The notes beneath the pieces are model-generated. The model was not told where the DNA came from, did no database searches, and saw nothing but the letters and a program-made list of their open reading frames with translations. DNA of 64,000 bases from Callorhinchus milii (Eukaryota). This document shows, in pieces, positions 11,482 through 23,526 of this stretch (positions are counted from its first letter, which is position 1; the number at the start of each line of letters is the position of its first letter). Position numbers and translations under genes: made by a program. The stretch is from positions 7,378,001 to 7,442,000 of the forward strand of contig NW_024704765.1 of NCBI RefSeq assembly GCF_018977255.1, in the 5' to 3' direction.

Positions 11482-14400
11482 GATGCTTCTGTGAAGGAAG
11501 AAAACAAGCGTTCGAGTTAATATTCCTATTCCTCTCTCTCACCTGCTAAACACACAGCCTTAAAAAGAACACAGCTGGGATCGATAACCCAGAAAATCCC
11601 CACAAAATTAATCAATATCCTAAAAGCGCACATTAAGAGATTTATTGATTCCCCCCCCCACCAGATACCAGCCTGAAGCATATGCTGTCCTGGGAAGGAA
11701 TGCAGCATTGATGGATTAAATTAATGGAGTGACTTGGTTTAGCAATGATGGGAGGCTAGGTGAAATTGCACTATATTCTCCGTCTGAGGAAGGTAAAGGA
11801 TAATCTGACCGAGGAATTTTAAATAATTGTGGTGCGGGAAAGAGAACTGTTAAATACCAAAATATCTCGCGTTTGATACAGCACCTTTCACGTCAGGACT
11901 TGGCAATACGACAGCCAATTTGCACTTAGCAATGTCCTGCACACAGCTATGATTAAGTTAAACAGAGGAGGATTCTTAACTCTGGTAAGAGGGGCGGTCA
12001 TCAAATAGAGATAAGCCGGTCAAGCGTGATCAGAAAATGTCTTCACACAACAGCACGAGCACGCGGAATGCCCTGTCCCCAGAAATAAACTGGGATATTT
12101 AAAGGGGTTGAGCATATATTTTCAGAGGAGACGGATACTTGGAAGCAAAGTAATGGGGGGGGATTGTTGAGAAAAAAAATTGGCCACAATTAATAAAACG
12201 TCAGAAACTGAAAAATATAGCCTCTCCTGGTTCGGTTTCTAGGCATATTGTAAGGTATATTGACGGAATCTGGCAACGTCTCGTTTTGGACTCGAAACAC
12301 CCACATGCAGTTTTACGACACCAGACAATTTTGATCACCATCAACCACACATTTATGAATTAGTGTGGCAGTACCACAACAACATGCTTTAGGCAGCAAC
12401 TATATTGTACCCTACATGTGTGTGGAACAGCATTTGAGAGCTTAAACGCACCAACAATCAAACCGTTAATTCTTTTGCTGACCCATCCCATGAAACACGC
12501 AACTCAAACTTGACAAGTCACCGACTTCATCGAAAGCAGAGAGAGCAAGTACTCCTACCTCCAAACACTCTAAAGCTATTTTAAAACAAATAAAGCAGAG
12601 CAATTAGGAAGTGATCTGACGAAGGCTCAGATTGCCGGGCCGCGATGCCATCTGAACCTCCTTGGATATATTTAGAATCACTTCCAGGTACCTGTGCTGA
12701 ATGAATGATGATTCAATAATACAGTAGCATTGAATTGAACCCCAGCGTTCAGAGATTATAACCCAGAGTTATATTTCTTCAGTCCAATACATTACTGTAG
12801 TTGGATGGCTTTGAAATTTTAAGGTTAAAAAAACAAGTTCAGATTACTTTTTCTTCCAAAAGAAAATGACACACATTATTAACACAGCCTCTCTCTCTCT
12901 CTACATTTCCTTGTGAAATACACACACACTTTACATAATACACTCACGTATTACATAATACGCTACTGTGGCATCTGTCCCCAACTGTAAAATTTCAAGA
13001 CTAGAAAGTGCCAGTTTGTTTTAATATAAAAGAGAGGATTGTGAAACTTCCATTTTCACTGAGGAAACAAAATAATGCACCGCGTAGATCAACTAAGAGT
13101 AGACACAGCAGAGCAAAAAAATAATAATTTGGTCACTCAATCCGCAGGATGTTTGTGGGGACGCTGCTGCATGCAATTGGCTGCCGCGTTTCACCCACAA
13201 AATGCACAGTCAATTCACTTTACAGTATATTCTGCGAAGCGCTTGGAGACGTCTCAACAATGTGACGAGGCGCTCTATCAGAAGGATTCTTATCAGCGTC
13301 ATCTAATCAAAGACGCGCATTTACGACGAAATTCGGCGCGGCGGGAGATTCAATCGTGAACTTCATTTCAACTTTAAGGTTTCAGTGAATGCATCGATTT
13401 TAACCTTCACTTTTTTTTAAAAAAAGAAAAGAAATCACAAAACCTTTTCAGTCATTCCGAAGCGCGTGTGTGACAGGTGGGGGGGGGGGGGGTAAAAGGG
13501 GGTTAAGAGGGGGTTAAGTCACCTTGCCTGATTAGCTGGTTCCATTCACTAACTAACTCATCACATCAAGTCACTCCAACACCACAGCCAGATTAAATAT
13601 TAAAGATTAAAATAAATCAATCGACTTCGAATTCAAGTTCTTGAGCCATTTGAGATCCAACAAATGAGTTCTCCTGTTTCCCCCCCCCCCCACCCCATCT
13701 CATCCACCCCCCAGCCCACCCCACCCCACCCCCCCCCCTCCCCACTTAATGTATTACTTAACACAGGTTTAACGAAGTAAAGCCACAAAGGATTCCAGTT
13801 CAAAACGAGCCACAGCGATTGATTTGATCCTCCAGAAGAAACACACAGACGTGGGATGCAAACGGTTCCATACTTCTGACAAAGAAGGGCGACACAAACC
13901 ACAGGAAAGTGGAGAGATCACTGTCCAGCCGGTGGTTGGCAGAGAAAATTTCCCTATTTTTAGCCCCCGGGGCTATATTTGCACCGACCCTTCCAAATCC
14001 ATATTGGGTACAACTCCTAAACTTCTTCTATTCCGGGTCGACATATTAAAAGCAAGAGAGGGGGAGAGAGAAATTAGATATATTATATATAATATACATA
14101 TATTGTATATTATATATAATATACATATTTTGTACATTATATATGATATATATATCACAAACGTATTTTGGTGGATTTGCTTTTAAAAACAAAATAAAGT
14201 ATATAAATCCAGGTTAAGGATTACAAAAATGGGTGGGTGGGGGGGGGGGTCTGATCACCGTGTGCAGTGTTTAATATATATAATATACAACGTCACAGTT
14301 TTTTAATAAATTGCACAATATACGGGATTCAGTCTCAAAGCAAACACCGACCTCCCCCCCCACCCCCCACCCCCTGCAAAATAAAACAACCCTAAGCTTT

Positions 14401-14644
14401 GCAAATTCCCCCTAGAGATGCGTTTAAAGGCAACACCCCCCCACCCCCAAACACCCCACACACACCCCCCCCCCAAACACCCCCCCCAAACACCCCCCTC
14501 CCCAAACACCCCCCCCCCCACACACACACACACACGCAAATAAAACGCTGCGTTTCGAGACGCTTTTAAGAATAATTACAAATGACTTCACGCCGCAAAA
14601 CGGTGGCAACGGAACGTTAACCCTAATACAAACCGAACCGTACA

Positions 14645-14901
14645 CCAGCAGAGGGGGGGGGGGGGCACAGCAGGAGGGGGGGGCACAGCAGGAGGGGGGG
14701 GGCACAGCAGGAGGGGGGGGGCACAGCAGGAGGGGGGGGCACAGCAGGAGGGGGGGGGCACAGCAGGAGGGGGGGGGCACAGCAGGAGGGGGGGCACAGC
14801 AGGAGGGGGGGGCACAGCAGGAGGGGGGGGGGGCACAGCAGGAGGGGGGGCACAGCAGGAGGGGGGGGGGCACAGCAGGAGGGGGGGGGGCACAGCAGGA
14901 G
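14645..14901 (+). repeat. G-rich minisatellite (G7-11 CACAGCAGGA)n, about 13 copies, in ENO1 intron 1
   Basis: Directly visible tandem units with variable G-run length; source of the spurious Pro/Cys-rich ORFs. Confidence 0.95.
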
Positions 14902-15454
14902 GTGATCCGGTGGAAGAGAGGAACCTGTGCGTTGGGTATCACAGCTGCCAACTGACTGCCTTTGGGGAGGGGGGAGTCTAACCTGTAGAGGAGGGCTGCA
15001 CACAGGTGAGAGGGAGAGTCTGGGGGGGAGGGAATGTGCACAGGTAAGGAACAGTGTGTGTGTGTGTGTGGGGGGGGGGGGGGGTGTCCACAGATCAGAG
15101 AAGCTTTAAGGAAACACTTGTCCCCCCCCCCCCCACACACACACACTCACTCACTCCCAACAAATAAAACAAATAACTCGCCTTTTGGAAGAAGCGCTTA
15201 GAATTGCGCACAGGTCAGACGAGGAGCTCGAGGGATGCGCACAGGTGTCTGTGGTAGTTTGGGGTGGGGAGGGGGAGGGGGCGAGGAGATGTCGTGTGCA
15301 CAGGTGGAGGAGAGAGCGCCGGGGAAGTGTGTGCACAGGTGAGGTCACTGTCTCCGGCTTTTAATGCAACGCCTTACTGCACTGGGGGGGGGGGGGGGGG
15401 GAAGGGGAGTGCAGGTCAAGAGGGGCGAGGCGCAGGTGAAGTTAGTTGGAGCAG

Positions 15455-15652
15455 AGGGGGGGGGGAATATATTACACAGGTGAGAGAGGAGGGGGGGAAT
15501 ATATTACACAGGTGAGAGAGGAGGGGGGGGGATATATTGCACAGGTGAGCGAGGAGGGGGGGAATATATTACACAGGTGAGAGAGGAGGGGGGGAATATA
15601 TTACACAGGTGAGAGAGGAGGGGGGGAATATATTGCACAGGTGAGAGAGAGG
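15455..15652 (+). repeat. ~32-bp minisatellite GGGGGGAATATATTACACAGGTGAGAGAGGA, about 6 copies
   Basis: Directly visible tandem units. Confidence 0.92.
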
Positions 15653-15679
15653 GAGCACAGGTCTGAGGGTGATGCTTAC

Positions 15680-15810
15680 CTGTGTGCAGAGCGGGGAGGG
15701 GGTGGTGGTGGTGATGATGATGATGGTGGTGGGGGTGATGGTGGTGATGGTGGTGGGGGGGAGAGACAGGACCTGAACCTCTGGACCGGTCGGCGCGGGA
15801 ACCAACACTC
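15680..15810 (-). other. ENO1: Putative non-coding exon 1 of ENO1 (5' end approximate)
   Basis: Consensus donor CAG|GTAAGC (intron starts at 15679) directly downstream of a CpG-rich promoter; the ATG exon has an acceptor, so an upstream exon is required. Confidence 0.55.
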
Positions 15811-15963
15811 CGCTGTCCAGGCGGTCAGGCCGAGCTCGGGCTCTTATTGGTCGGGACCGGACATGTAGCAGTTGGTCGCCATGGACACGCTTGTGATACA
15901 CTGACACCTACTTCCTGGGGGCGGGGCCAACCTGGCGGGACATCATTGGCTCACACCCCCAAA
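15810..15963 (-). promoter_or_regulatory. ENO1 CpG-island promoter (partly lost in the assembly gap)
   Basis: CCAAT boxes (ATTGG at 15846-15850 and 15945-15949), GC box GGGGCGGGG at 15918-15926, ETS-like ACTTCCTG at 15910-15917, CpG-rich. Confidence 0.6.
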
Positions 15964-16249
15964 NNNNNNNNNNNNNNNNNNNNNNNNNNNNNNNNNNNNN
16001 NNNNNNNNNNNNNNNNNNNNNNNNNNNNNNNNNNNNNNNNNNNNNNNNNNNNNNNNNNNNNNNNNNNNNNNNNNNNNNNNNNNNNNNNNNNNNNNNNNNN
16101 NNNNNNNNNNNNNNNNNNNNNNNNNNNNNNNNNNNNNNNNNNNNNNNNNNNNNNNNNNNNNNNNNNNNNNNNNNNNNNNNNNNNNNNNNNNNNNNNNNNN
16201 NNNNNNNNNNNNNNNNNNNNNNNNNNNNNNNNNNNNNNNNNNNNNNNNN
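15964..16249. other. Assembly gap (N run) in the ENO1 promoter
   Basis: Run of N. Confidence 1.
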
Positions 16250-16677
16250 TGATACAGCCGTCCGTCTCGCCGGGTCTTCCAGACGTTCCCGAAGCGCTTC
16301 TCAGTGGGGGGGTGGGGGGAGAGAAGGAGAGGGAGCTGCACTGTAAAGCGGAGTGACCGTGCTTTTTTTTTTCCCCCCCGTGGACGAAACCCGGCAGCCG
16401 ATTGCCGTGAGGCGGCGGCGTCTCCCCCCCCCCCCAACCCCCCACGGCAAACGGTCATGGATTTGAGCGACTTCGCGCCCGCGAACGCGCCAAACAAACA
16501 AAAACAATTATTATTATTATCCACCCGGAAAGCAATCCGCCAATCGACTAACGACCGGGTTCCTCCTTACTGCAAGGCAAACAACAACAACAACAACAAC
16601 AAGATTCCATTTATAAAGCGCCTTTCACGTCAGGAGGACGTCCCAAGGCGCTGCACAGTTGGGTCATGACCCGAGCA

Positions 16678-16930
16678 GGGGGGAAATGGTCGAGGGGAGG
16701 GAAGGGAGGGAGTGAGGAGGGGGGAAATGGTCAGGGTGAGGGAAGGGAGGGAGTGAGCGAGGAGGGGGGAAATGGTCAGGGTGAGGGAAGGGAGGGAGCG
16801 AGGGGGGGGAAATGGTCAGGGGGAGGGAAGGGAGGGAGCGAGGAGTGGGGAAATGGTGAGGGGAGGGAAGGGAGGGAGCGAGGAGGGGGGAAATGGTGAG
16901 GGGAGGGAAGGGAGGGAGCGAGGAGGGGGA
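16678..16930 (+). repeat. Purine-rich ~40-bp minisatellite (GGGGGGAAATGGTCAGGGGAGGGAAGGGAGGGAGCGAGGA)n, about 6 copies
   Basis: Directly visible tandem units. Confidence 0.9.
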
Positions 16931-19900
16931 AGAGAGTCGAGAGGGGAGCTGAAGGCACGGTCAAAGAGAATACAACAACGTTACATTAGTAAAGCGCCTT
17001 TCACGTCGGGAGGACGTCCCAAGGGGTTGAGGTGTGAGAAGCGAGGAGACTTGCCTAATGTTTCACCCGGCCGGGAATCGAGCCTGGGTCTTCTCTCTAA
17101 CCTCCAAGCTACAGGACCCCACCACCTGCCTCCCTTATGCACCCCGAGGATATAGACATGTACTGTGTATCATCAGCAACTGGTCAAGACCGCCCCACCA
17201 CACCTGCTGGGCAGTGAGCCATCCCGGAGTCAGGAGGCTACATGAGATAGATTTATTTTAGAAAATAATACAGTGGGATACAGAATGTAATTTGGTCACT
17301 CAATCCACAACTGTTTGTGGGATGCCTCTGTGCGCAATTGGCTGCCGCGTTTCACCCACGGCAGGTTGCGGGGGGGGGGGGGCGCGTGCATCGATCTGCA
17401 CATCAGGAAGAAACACCTCCGAAAGGCACAAAGTAACCCTTCGCTCTCCACACCGATAGAGCAAGAAGGAACAGAATCCACTCGACTACATTTGTCCAAT
17501 CGGTCTGTAGGAAGGTGCTCGCCCCTGTCTGGTCCAGCCACAAACTGACCTCCGAGCGTTCTCTGACCATTACCGCCTGAGAATGTCCCCCAAAATATAC
17601 AGTCCAGTCAATTCACTTCAATAATATATTCTGCAAAGCACTTTGAGATGACATGATAAGGCACTACATCAAATGCAAGGATTATTGTTGTTATAACATT
17701 CACCTGATCATCTCTCTTGGTGCCAGCTACTCAGTCTACTCGTAGGGAAAAAAAGACAGAGAAACCCCTTCCCCCCCCCCCCACGCAATAAAAACCTCAA
17801 GGCCACTTGGGGAGGGAAGGGGGAAAGAGTTAACTGGAAAATGGGAAAATTCCTCCAACTTCCGACAGCAGTCAAGTAAGCTCCAGGAGATTACCAAGAT
17901 ACCACTAACAGAAAAGCATTGCTCAATATCTCCTGCTTAATACCTTGCTGCACTGCTGTTCATGTCACACGGCAGATTAGGCTTCCCAGTCTGTCACTGC
18001 TGAAACCTCTCTTCCTTAATAAATCTGCCCAGCTTTCTCCTGATTGAGTGGATGTTATCTGCACAAACAGAGTCACCTGGGAGCCTGTTCCAGATGTCCT
18101 CTACCACAGTCAATTCACTCAACAATATATTTATTCTGTGAAGCTCTATGAGCCGTCTCAACGACACGATAAGGCATTATATCAAACACTAGGATTATTA
18201 TTATTATAATAATAAATGCTTCCTTGTGTGATTTTTCTCCAGCCTTACAGCAATTACTGAGTTTCACACAGCAGTTTAATCAGCTGCTCAATTATTTGCG
18301 AGCATTTTCAGTGAAGTTGCTGAAACTTGCCTGAATCAGTACAAACGAGATTGTTTGTCTCCACCATTTATTTGAATGAATTGCATTATACAATCAGAGA
18401 GTGATTTGCGGCTGATTAATCACCCGGATCACGGAACCTGTCAAATAGTCTCCAGCTTGGTTGATAAATTAAAACAATAAAAATTGCTGACTTGAAACAA
18501 CAGCTTTCATTTATATGGCATCAATAATCCAAGGTAATCAATTGCACAACCATCTGCCAATTGTTATTTGTGCCATTAGAAATGCAGAGAATTGATGTTA
18601 TGTGTGGGCTATCATGACCCTGTTGGTAGGGTTGTGAGTTCAAGGTCATCATTGGGACTTGAGCTCACAATCCAAGCTGATTCACCAATACAGTACTGGG
18701 GGGGAAGGAACACACTGTAGTATCAGAGGTTTGCTATGACTCAGATGAGACAATTATCCAAGGTCCTATTTACCTGTGCAGGTGGATGTCAGTGACCCTG
18801 TGACAGTCTTTGGAAAGAGAAAGCAATTTCCTCTTGTCTGAAAATCCGCCAGATTATTCACCTCATGGCTGATTGTGGGACATTGCTGTATGCAAAATGG
18901 TCACCGTGTTTGCCTAACAACAAATAGTCACTACACTTGGCAATGGTTTCTGTCATGTGCTTTGAGATATTTCAATGCAAGTTCTTTCCCTACTGTTCAA
19001 ACTGATAAAAAATAGATTGTGTTTTAAGACAAGCAGTCATTATATTCCGAGAATATAATAAGCACAAAAATTCCAGCTATTCTCAGCCTGTAAGGCATTT
19101 TATCTTAAAATGTAGATCACACAGAATTCTGGAAGATTTTCAAATGTAGTGTTAATTTGGACATTGCAGTTCGTAAAGAGAATCGCTTCCATTTTTAATA
19201 ACTTAATATTTAATAATAATTGGAGTTGAAGTACAGACTAATTATGATCCAATAGAATGGAGGAACAGTCTCGATGTTCCTACAATGAACAGTAAAGTTA
19301 AGAATTTTGTACAATCCTGGGCATCTTACATTTTGAGGCAAAATAGTCATTTTTTACTCGAAACTAGATGGAATTTCATGCCTTCTGTGGTTTGATACAC
19401 TTTGCATTTACACAATAAGTTCCGCCCTGGTATTGAATGCCTTTTATCCAAGGTTGTTTTCTCTGCGATGGAATTTTACACTTACAAATCATTATCTCCA
19501 CAGACAGTACGTTCCAGCCCTGGGGTAAACAGCCTCACAGCAGTGAGAAACGGTATTGATTTTCTGCACAAAACAGAGGCGCAGAGGGCAGGAATGGATT
19601 GACTGACTGTAAATCACTGTGCTATTGTCCTCGGTTTCACAAGAATGAATAATCTCTATTTAAACCTGTAATGCCTTCTCTCTGGGCCTATATCAAAAAG
19701 TATAGGAAGGAAGAACATGCATTTTAACTCCACTTTAACATGTCAAAACATCTCAAAGTCTTCGTAGGGACTTGCTTGTTACGTGCAGTGATAATTTTGT
19801 TTCTCGGCAAATCTGGCAGCCACTTGAGGCAGCAAGGTTCCCCTGAACAACCATGATGTTGGAAGATTGCTGGCCAGGATGCCAAGGAGAAACTCGCTTC

Positions 19901-21281
19901 TATTTCCAAATCATGTCACGGGATCTTTAGCGTCTGCCTGAAGTGAAGGACACAGAACCTCCAGTTTGTTATCTCATCCAAAGCACGGCACCTCTGACAA
20001 AGCAGCGTTCCCCCAGTATTATACTGGTAATGTCAGCCTGGACACAAATTCTTGTCTCAATGTCTAGTAAGAGTCCATAGCCTCCAGACCCAGAGGCGAG
20101 AGCGCTGCCAACTGGCCTGGACAACTGGTGTACGGTTTCTGCACAACTCTTTTCCACTTTGGTGACAATATGAGTTTCAGGCCTTTCTGTAGGTACTCAA
20201 CTGAAAAACACACATTTGCTATTTCCCAAACATTTGGGGGCTTGTGACCATTTGAGGGAACGCTGAATAAAATACCTGTTCGATAACCTGAGTCAATTAT
20301 TACACTTTAACCACCTGGATTAAAAACTGTAAGAAACCGGTGCCCGAAATTTCTCAGGGGTCTTGAGGCCATTGTCTTTAAGTGTAAAAATTGGGGGAAG
20401 TTCATTCTCGATTTGGAAGTATTATTTCCGCTGTTCTTCAAACAAATTATCCGAATTTCTGCATGATCTTACATTTGAAGACAATAGTCTTAAGGCTAGG
20501 GCTAAGACCATGAGGAATTTTGGAACCTCAAGAGCCTCACTGACCTTGACTTTCTGCAGCCAACTCAATTTTTGGGTCTTTGAACTCAGACTGCAGGTTG
20601 ACACTGGGGGAGCGCTGCATTGTTGGAGGTACCACCTTTCGGACCAGACATTAAACCGAGGTCCCGTCTGCCTGGTCGGGTGGACGTTAAAGATCCCTTG
20701 TCAATCTTCGAAAAGAGAAAGGAGTTCCGACCAATGTCTTGGCCAACAATCCCCCAGAGAGAAAACCTGGCTGTGCAAACTGACTGCCACTTTCACCTAC
20801 AAATACATGGACCTGATGCTATCCTTGTGAAGCGCTTTGAGACATTTTGACAACGCGATGAGGCCCCAATAATGAAATGCAAGGATTAATATTATTATTA
20901 ATCTAATAATGGCATCCTGGCTTTGCGGCGATAAAGGCTTAAATCTACACTCCACTCACCTTGAAACTGTATCCCACAGAGCGTCGCGAAATAACACTTA
21001 CGCATTTGAATTCTTACTCTTTTTAGGCAAAGCTGTAATTTGGTTAGCGCAGCTAAAAAAAATCCAGAAATGACAGTTTCCATAACCATTTCTATCGAAT
21101 TTGCGGGAGCAAAAGTAGTACTTGAATAAACAATCTGCCACACCCGAGAGTAGATACTGTTACTTTAATTGACCTATCAATCCTATACTCTATCTGGGAC
21201 TCATACCCTTCCTGCTCACTGTCAGTCAGTGTACAGCAACAAAAACAGTCTGGCGTGTGCTAATCCCTTTATTCTGTTAAT

Positions 21282-21372
21282 ATGGAACGTTTGTGTTTGA
21301 AATCACTTGCGGGAAGAGCGTTAATTCTCCTCTGCATGTTCCAGTTCACACAAGGACACTGGACTTACCAAG
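21282..21372 (+). CDS. CA6: Carbonic anhydrase VI exon 1 (signal peptide and HWTY motif)
   Basis: MERLCLKSLAGRALILLCMFQFTQGHWTYQ(E): hydrophobic signal followed by the alpha-CA WxY motif; G|GTAAA donor, phase 1 matches exon 2. Confidence 0.85.
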
Positions 21373-22104
21373 GTAAAACAACTGTTCATTTTATTTTAAT
21401 GATTTAATTCTGTACAAAAGCTTAGTTGGAAGAGATGAGCAAACTTGCATTTTTAAAGCGGCTTAAGAATCGCCTACAAAAATACTCAATCGCTGCACTT
21501 CGAGACGTCCTCTCGACGTGAAAGTTGCAAGTATCAAATGCGGGTATTGTTTTTAAAATCAAAATTATTAATAGTAGTAAAATAATACTATAATAATGAC
21601 GATAAAAGTCAAAACGTGCCCGAGCCTTCACGCAAATTGTCTGGGCATTCTTTAACATGCTAATCATAAGAACAGAAGAATTTGCTGGGCAAAAGAAAAC
21701 CAAGGTCCATCCAGTTTGTCTTCCACCATCCTTGCAGTCGCATTGCACGTTATATCCGAAACTATATATTGAATCCCGAGATATTATTTCTATCTAACAG
21801 AAATCTATCTAATTTGTTCTTGAAAGAATCCACACTTTCTGCTTTCATCGTCTCCCGAGGGAGCCCGTTCCATACATTTACGACTCACTCACTGAAGTAG
21901 TGTTTCAGCATTAATTTTGTTACTGTAATAATCAGTATTAATCAGGAGGAATCATTGTGCTTTGGAAAATGAATTTCAACATTTCGCTGTGAGAACGGGT
22001 GAAAGAATGTGGCGGGCAAATGAAGATTGTCACAACTAAATGGTTCTGACCTGCTTTCACTTAACCATTGCCAACATGTTCTCCTGAGTGTTATTGTTTA
22101 TTAG

Positions 22105-22287
22105 AGGGCGACATGGATGAAGAACATTGGGAATCACAGTACCCAGCCTGTGCTGGTAAGCATCAGTCTCCCATCGATATCCAGAGGAAAAAAACCAAGT
22201 ACAACCCTCATCTTCCCCAAATACAACTAAGTGGTTACGATGCACATTATGAGGAACCCTTGAGATTAACCAACAACGGACATTCAG
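22105..22287 (+). CDS. CA6: CA6 exon 2
   Basis: (E)GDMDEEHWESQYPACAGKHQSPIDIQ...LTNNGHS(V): QSPID motif and the NNGHS proton-shuttle His. Confidence 0.96.
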
Positions 22288-23021
22288 GTACTGTATCTGG
22301 TCTCTGAAATTCTTAAGGGAAAACATAAGGTAAAAAAAAGGGGGAAAAAATATTTCTTTTACTTGGGAAATTGGTGACGAGGAGGAGGGCACAGTCTGAG
22401 GATTGTTCACAGAACAAACGAGAGAGAAGGAATGTTTTCATTCAGAGGCGTTGAGGAATTCACTCCCACAAGTGTCTCTTTGAACAGAAATCGTTCAAAA
22501 GGGAATTGAGTCGAAGGGAACTGAGCCGACATTAAAAGGATAATAAAGGGAAAGTGGGAGTATAATTGAGGGGCAATTTTTTTTAAACATGGGTGGAAGT
22601 AGGGAGGAAATGATGATTATTAAATATTAAAATGGCCTGTTTTGGGGCTGACATATATATTTTTTTGAAAACCCATTTTCAGGTCGCGTCGGAAGACCTT
22701 CTTCTTCGACCGTGCCTATGGCCACTTCCACCCCCTACCCCCCCACCACCCCTCCCGGACCGGTGTCGTGCTCCACCCTCTGGGATGCAACCCTGCCTGA
22801 GGGGCTCTGCGTAAATACAAGTTGTTGCTGTTGATGTCGAACATTTCTAGGTGTCCTATATTTCCAAAGGCGGGGGGGGGGGTGGGGGAGTTGATACGAG
22901 CTGTTACCCATTCAGAAATTGTTTAGTATTAAAATGACACGTGGATATCTAAGTGAAAACGATGTTACAGTATTTTTGCTCTTAACCATTAACTGTTTGT
23001 GTGTGTGTTTTGCTCTCGCAG

Positions 23022-23170
23022 TTGCTTTAGGTGTGCCGCCCAATCTCTTTATCAGCCACGGGCTACAGAATAAATTCACAGCGGTTCAAATGCACTTTCA
23101 CTGGGGTGGTCTGGACCTGGAGAGCAGTGGTTCTGAGCACACAGTGGATGGGATGCGATATATTGCAGAG
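23022..23170 (+). CDS. CA6: CA6 exon 3
   Basis: (V)ALGVPPNLFISHGLQNKFTAVQMHFHWGGLDLESSGSEHTVDGMRYIAE: zinc-binding HFH and GSEH motifs. Confidence 0.97.
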
Positions 23171-23229
23171 GTAACAGAAACCCCTTCAATGCCTACCCGG
23201 GAGGAGAATTATATTGTAATTTTAAATAA

Positions 23230-23526
23230 TAACCTCCGTTCCACCATCGCAGTCGGGCTTTGAGCCACTAAGCCCCGAAACTCTGGAACACTCTTCCTCT
23301 ATCCCTCCACTTTGCTATCCCTATCCCACCCCCCACCCCCACCAACCTTCCTCATCTTCAGGTCACAGCTGAAGACCTTCCTCTTTGACCGTGCCTTCGG
23401 TCACCTCCCCCACCTCTCCTCCTCCTTCTCCTCCCCCAAGGCTGAGTCGTGCTCCGCCACGGTCAAGTGCTCTAGGACGTTACCCTGCATGAGGGGCGCG
23501 GTGTAAAAGCAAGTTGTTGTTGTTGT
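23230..23526 (+). mobile_element. L2-type LINE 3' fragment
   Basis: Decayed ORF2 end (KLWNTLP...FRSQLKTFLFDRAF) followed by a stem-loop tail and (TTG)n; related fragments at about 5090-5293, 22675-22835, 34570-34745, 45100-45270 and 28330-28520 (-). Confidence 0.78.

Noticed and set aside
14645-14901. CRISPR-like appearance of a repeated unit
   Set aside because: No unique spacers, no cas genes, vertebrate DNA; it is a minisatellite
14424-15146. Pro/Cys-rich ORFs of 101-240 aa
   Set aside because: They are translations of the G-run minisatellite, open in several frames, with no domain
15847-16524. ORFs spanning X runs
   Set aside because: Open only because of the assembly gap
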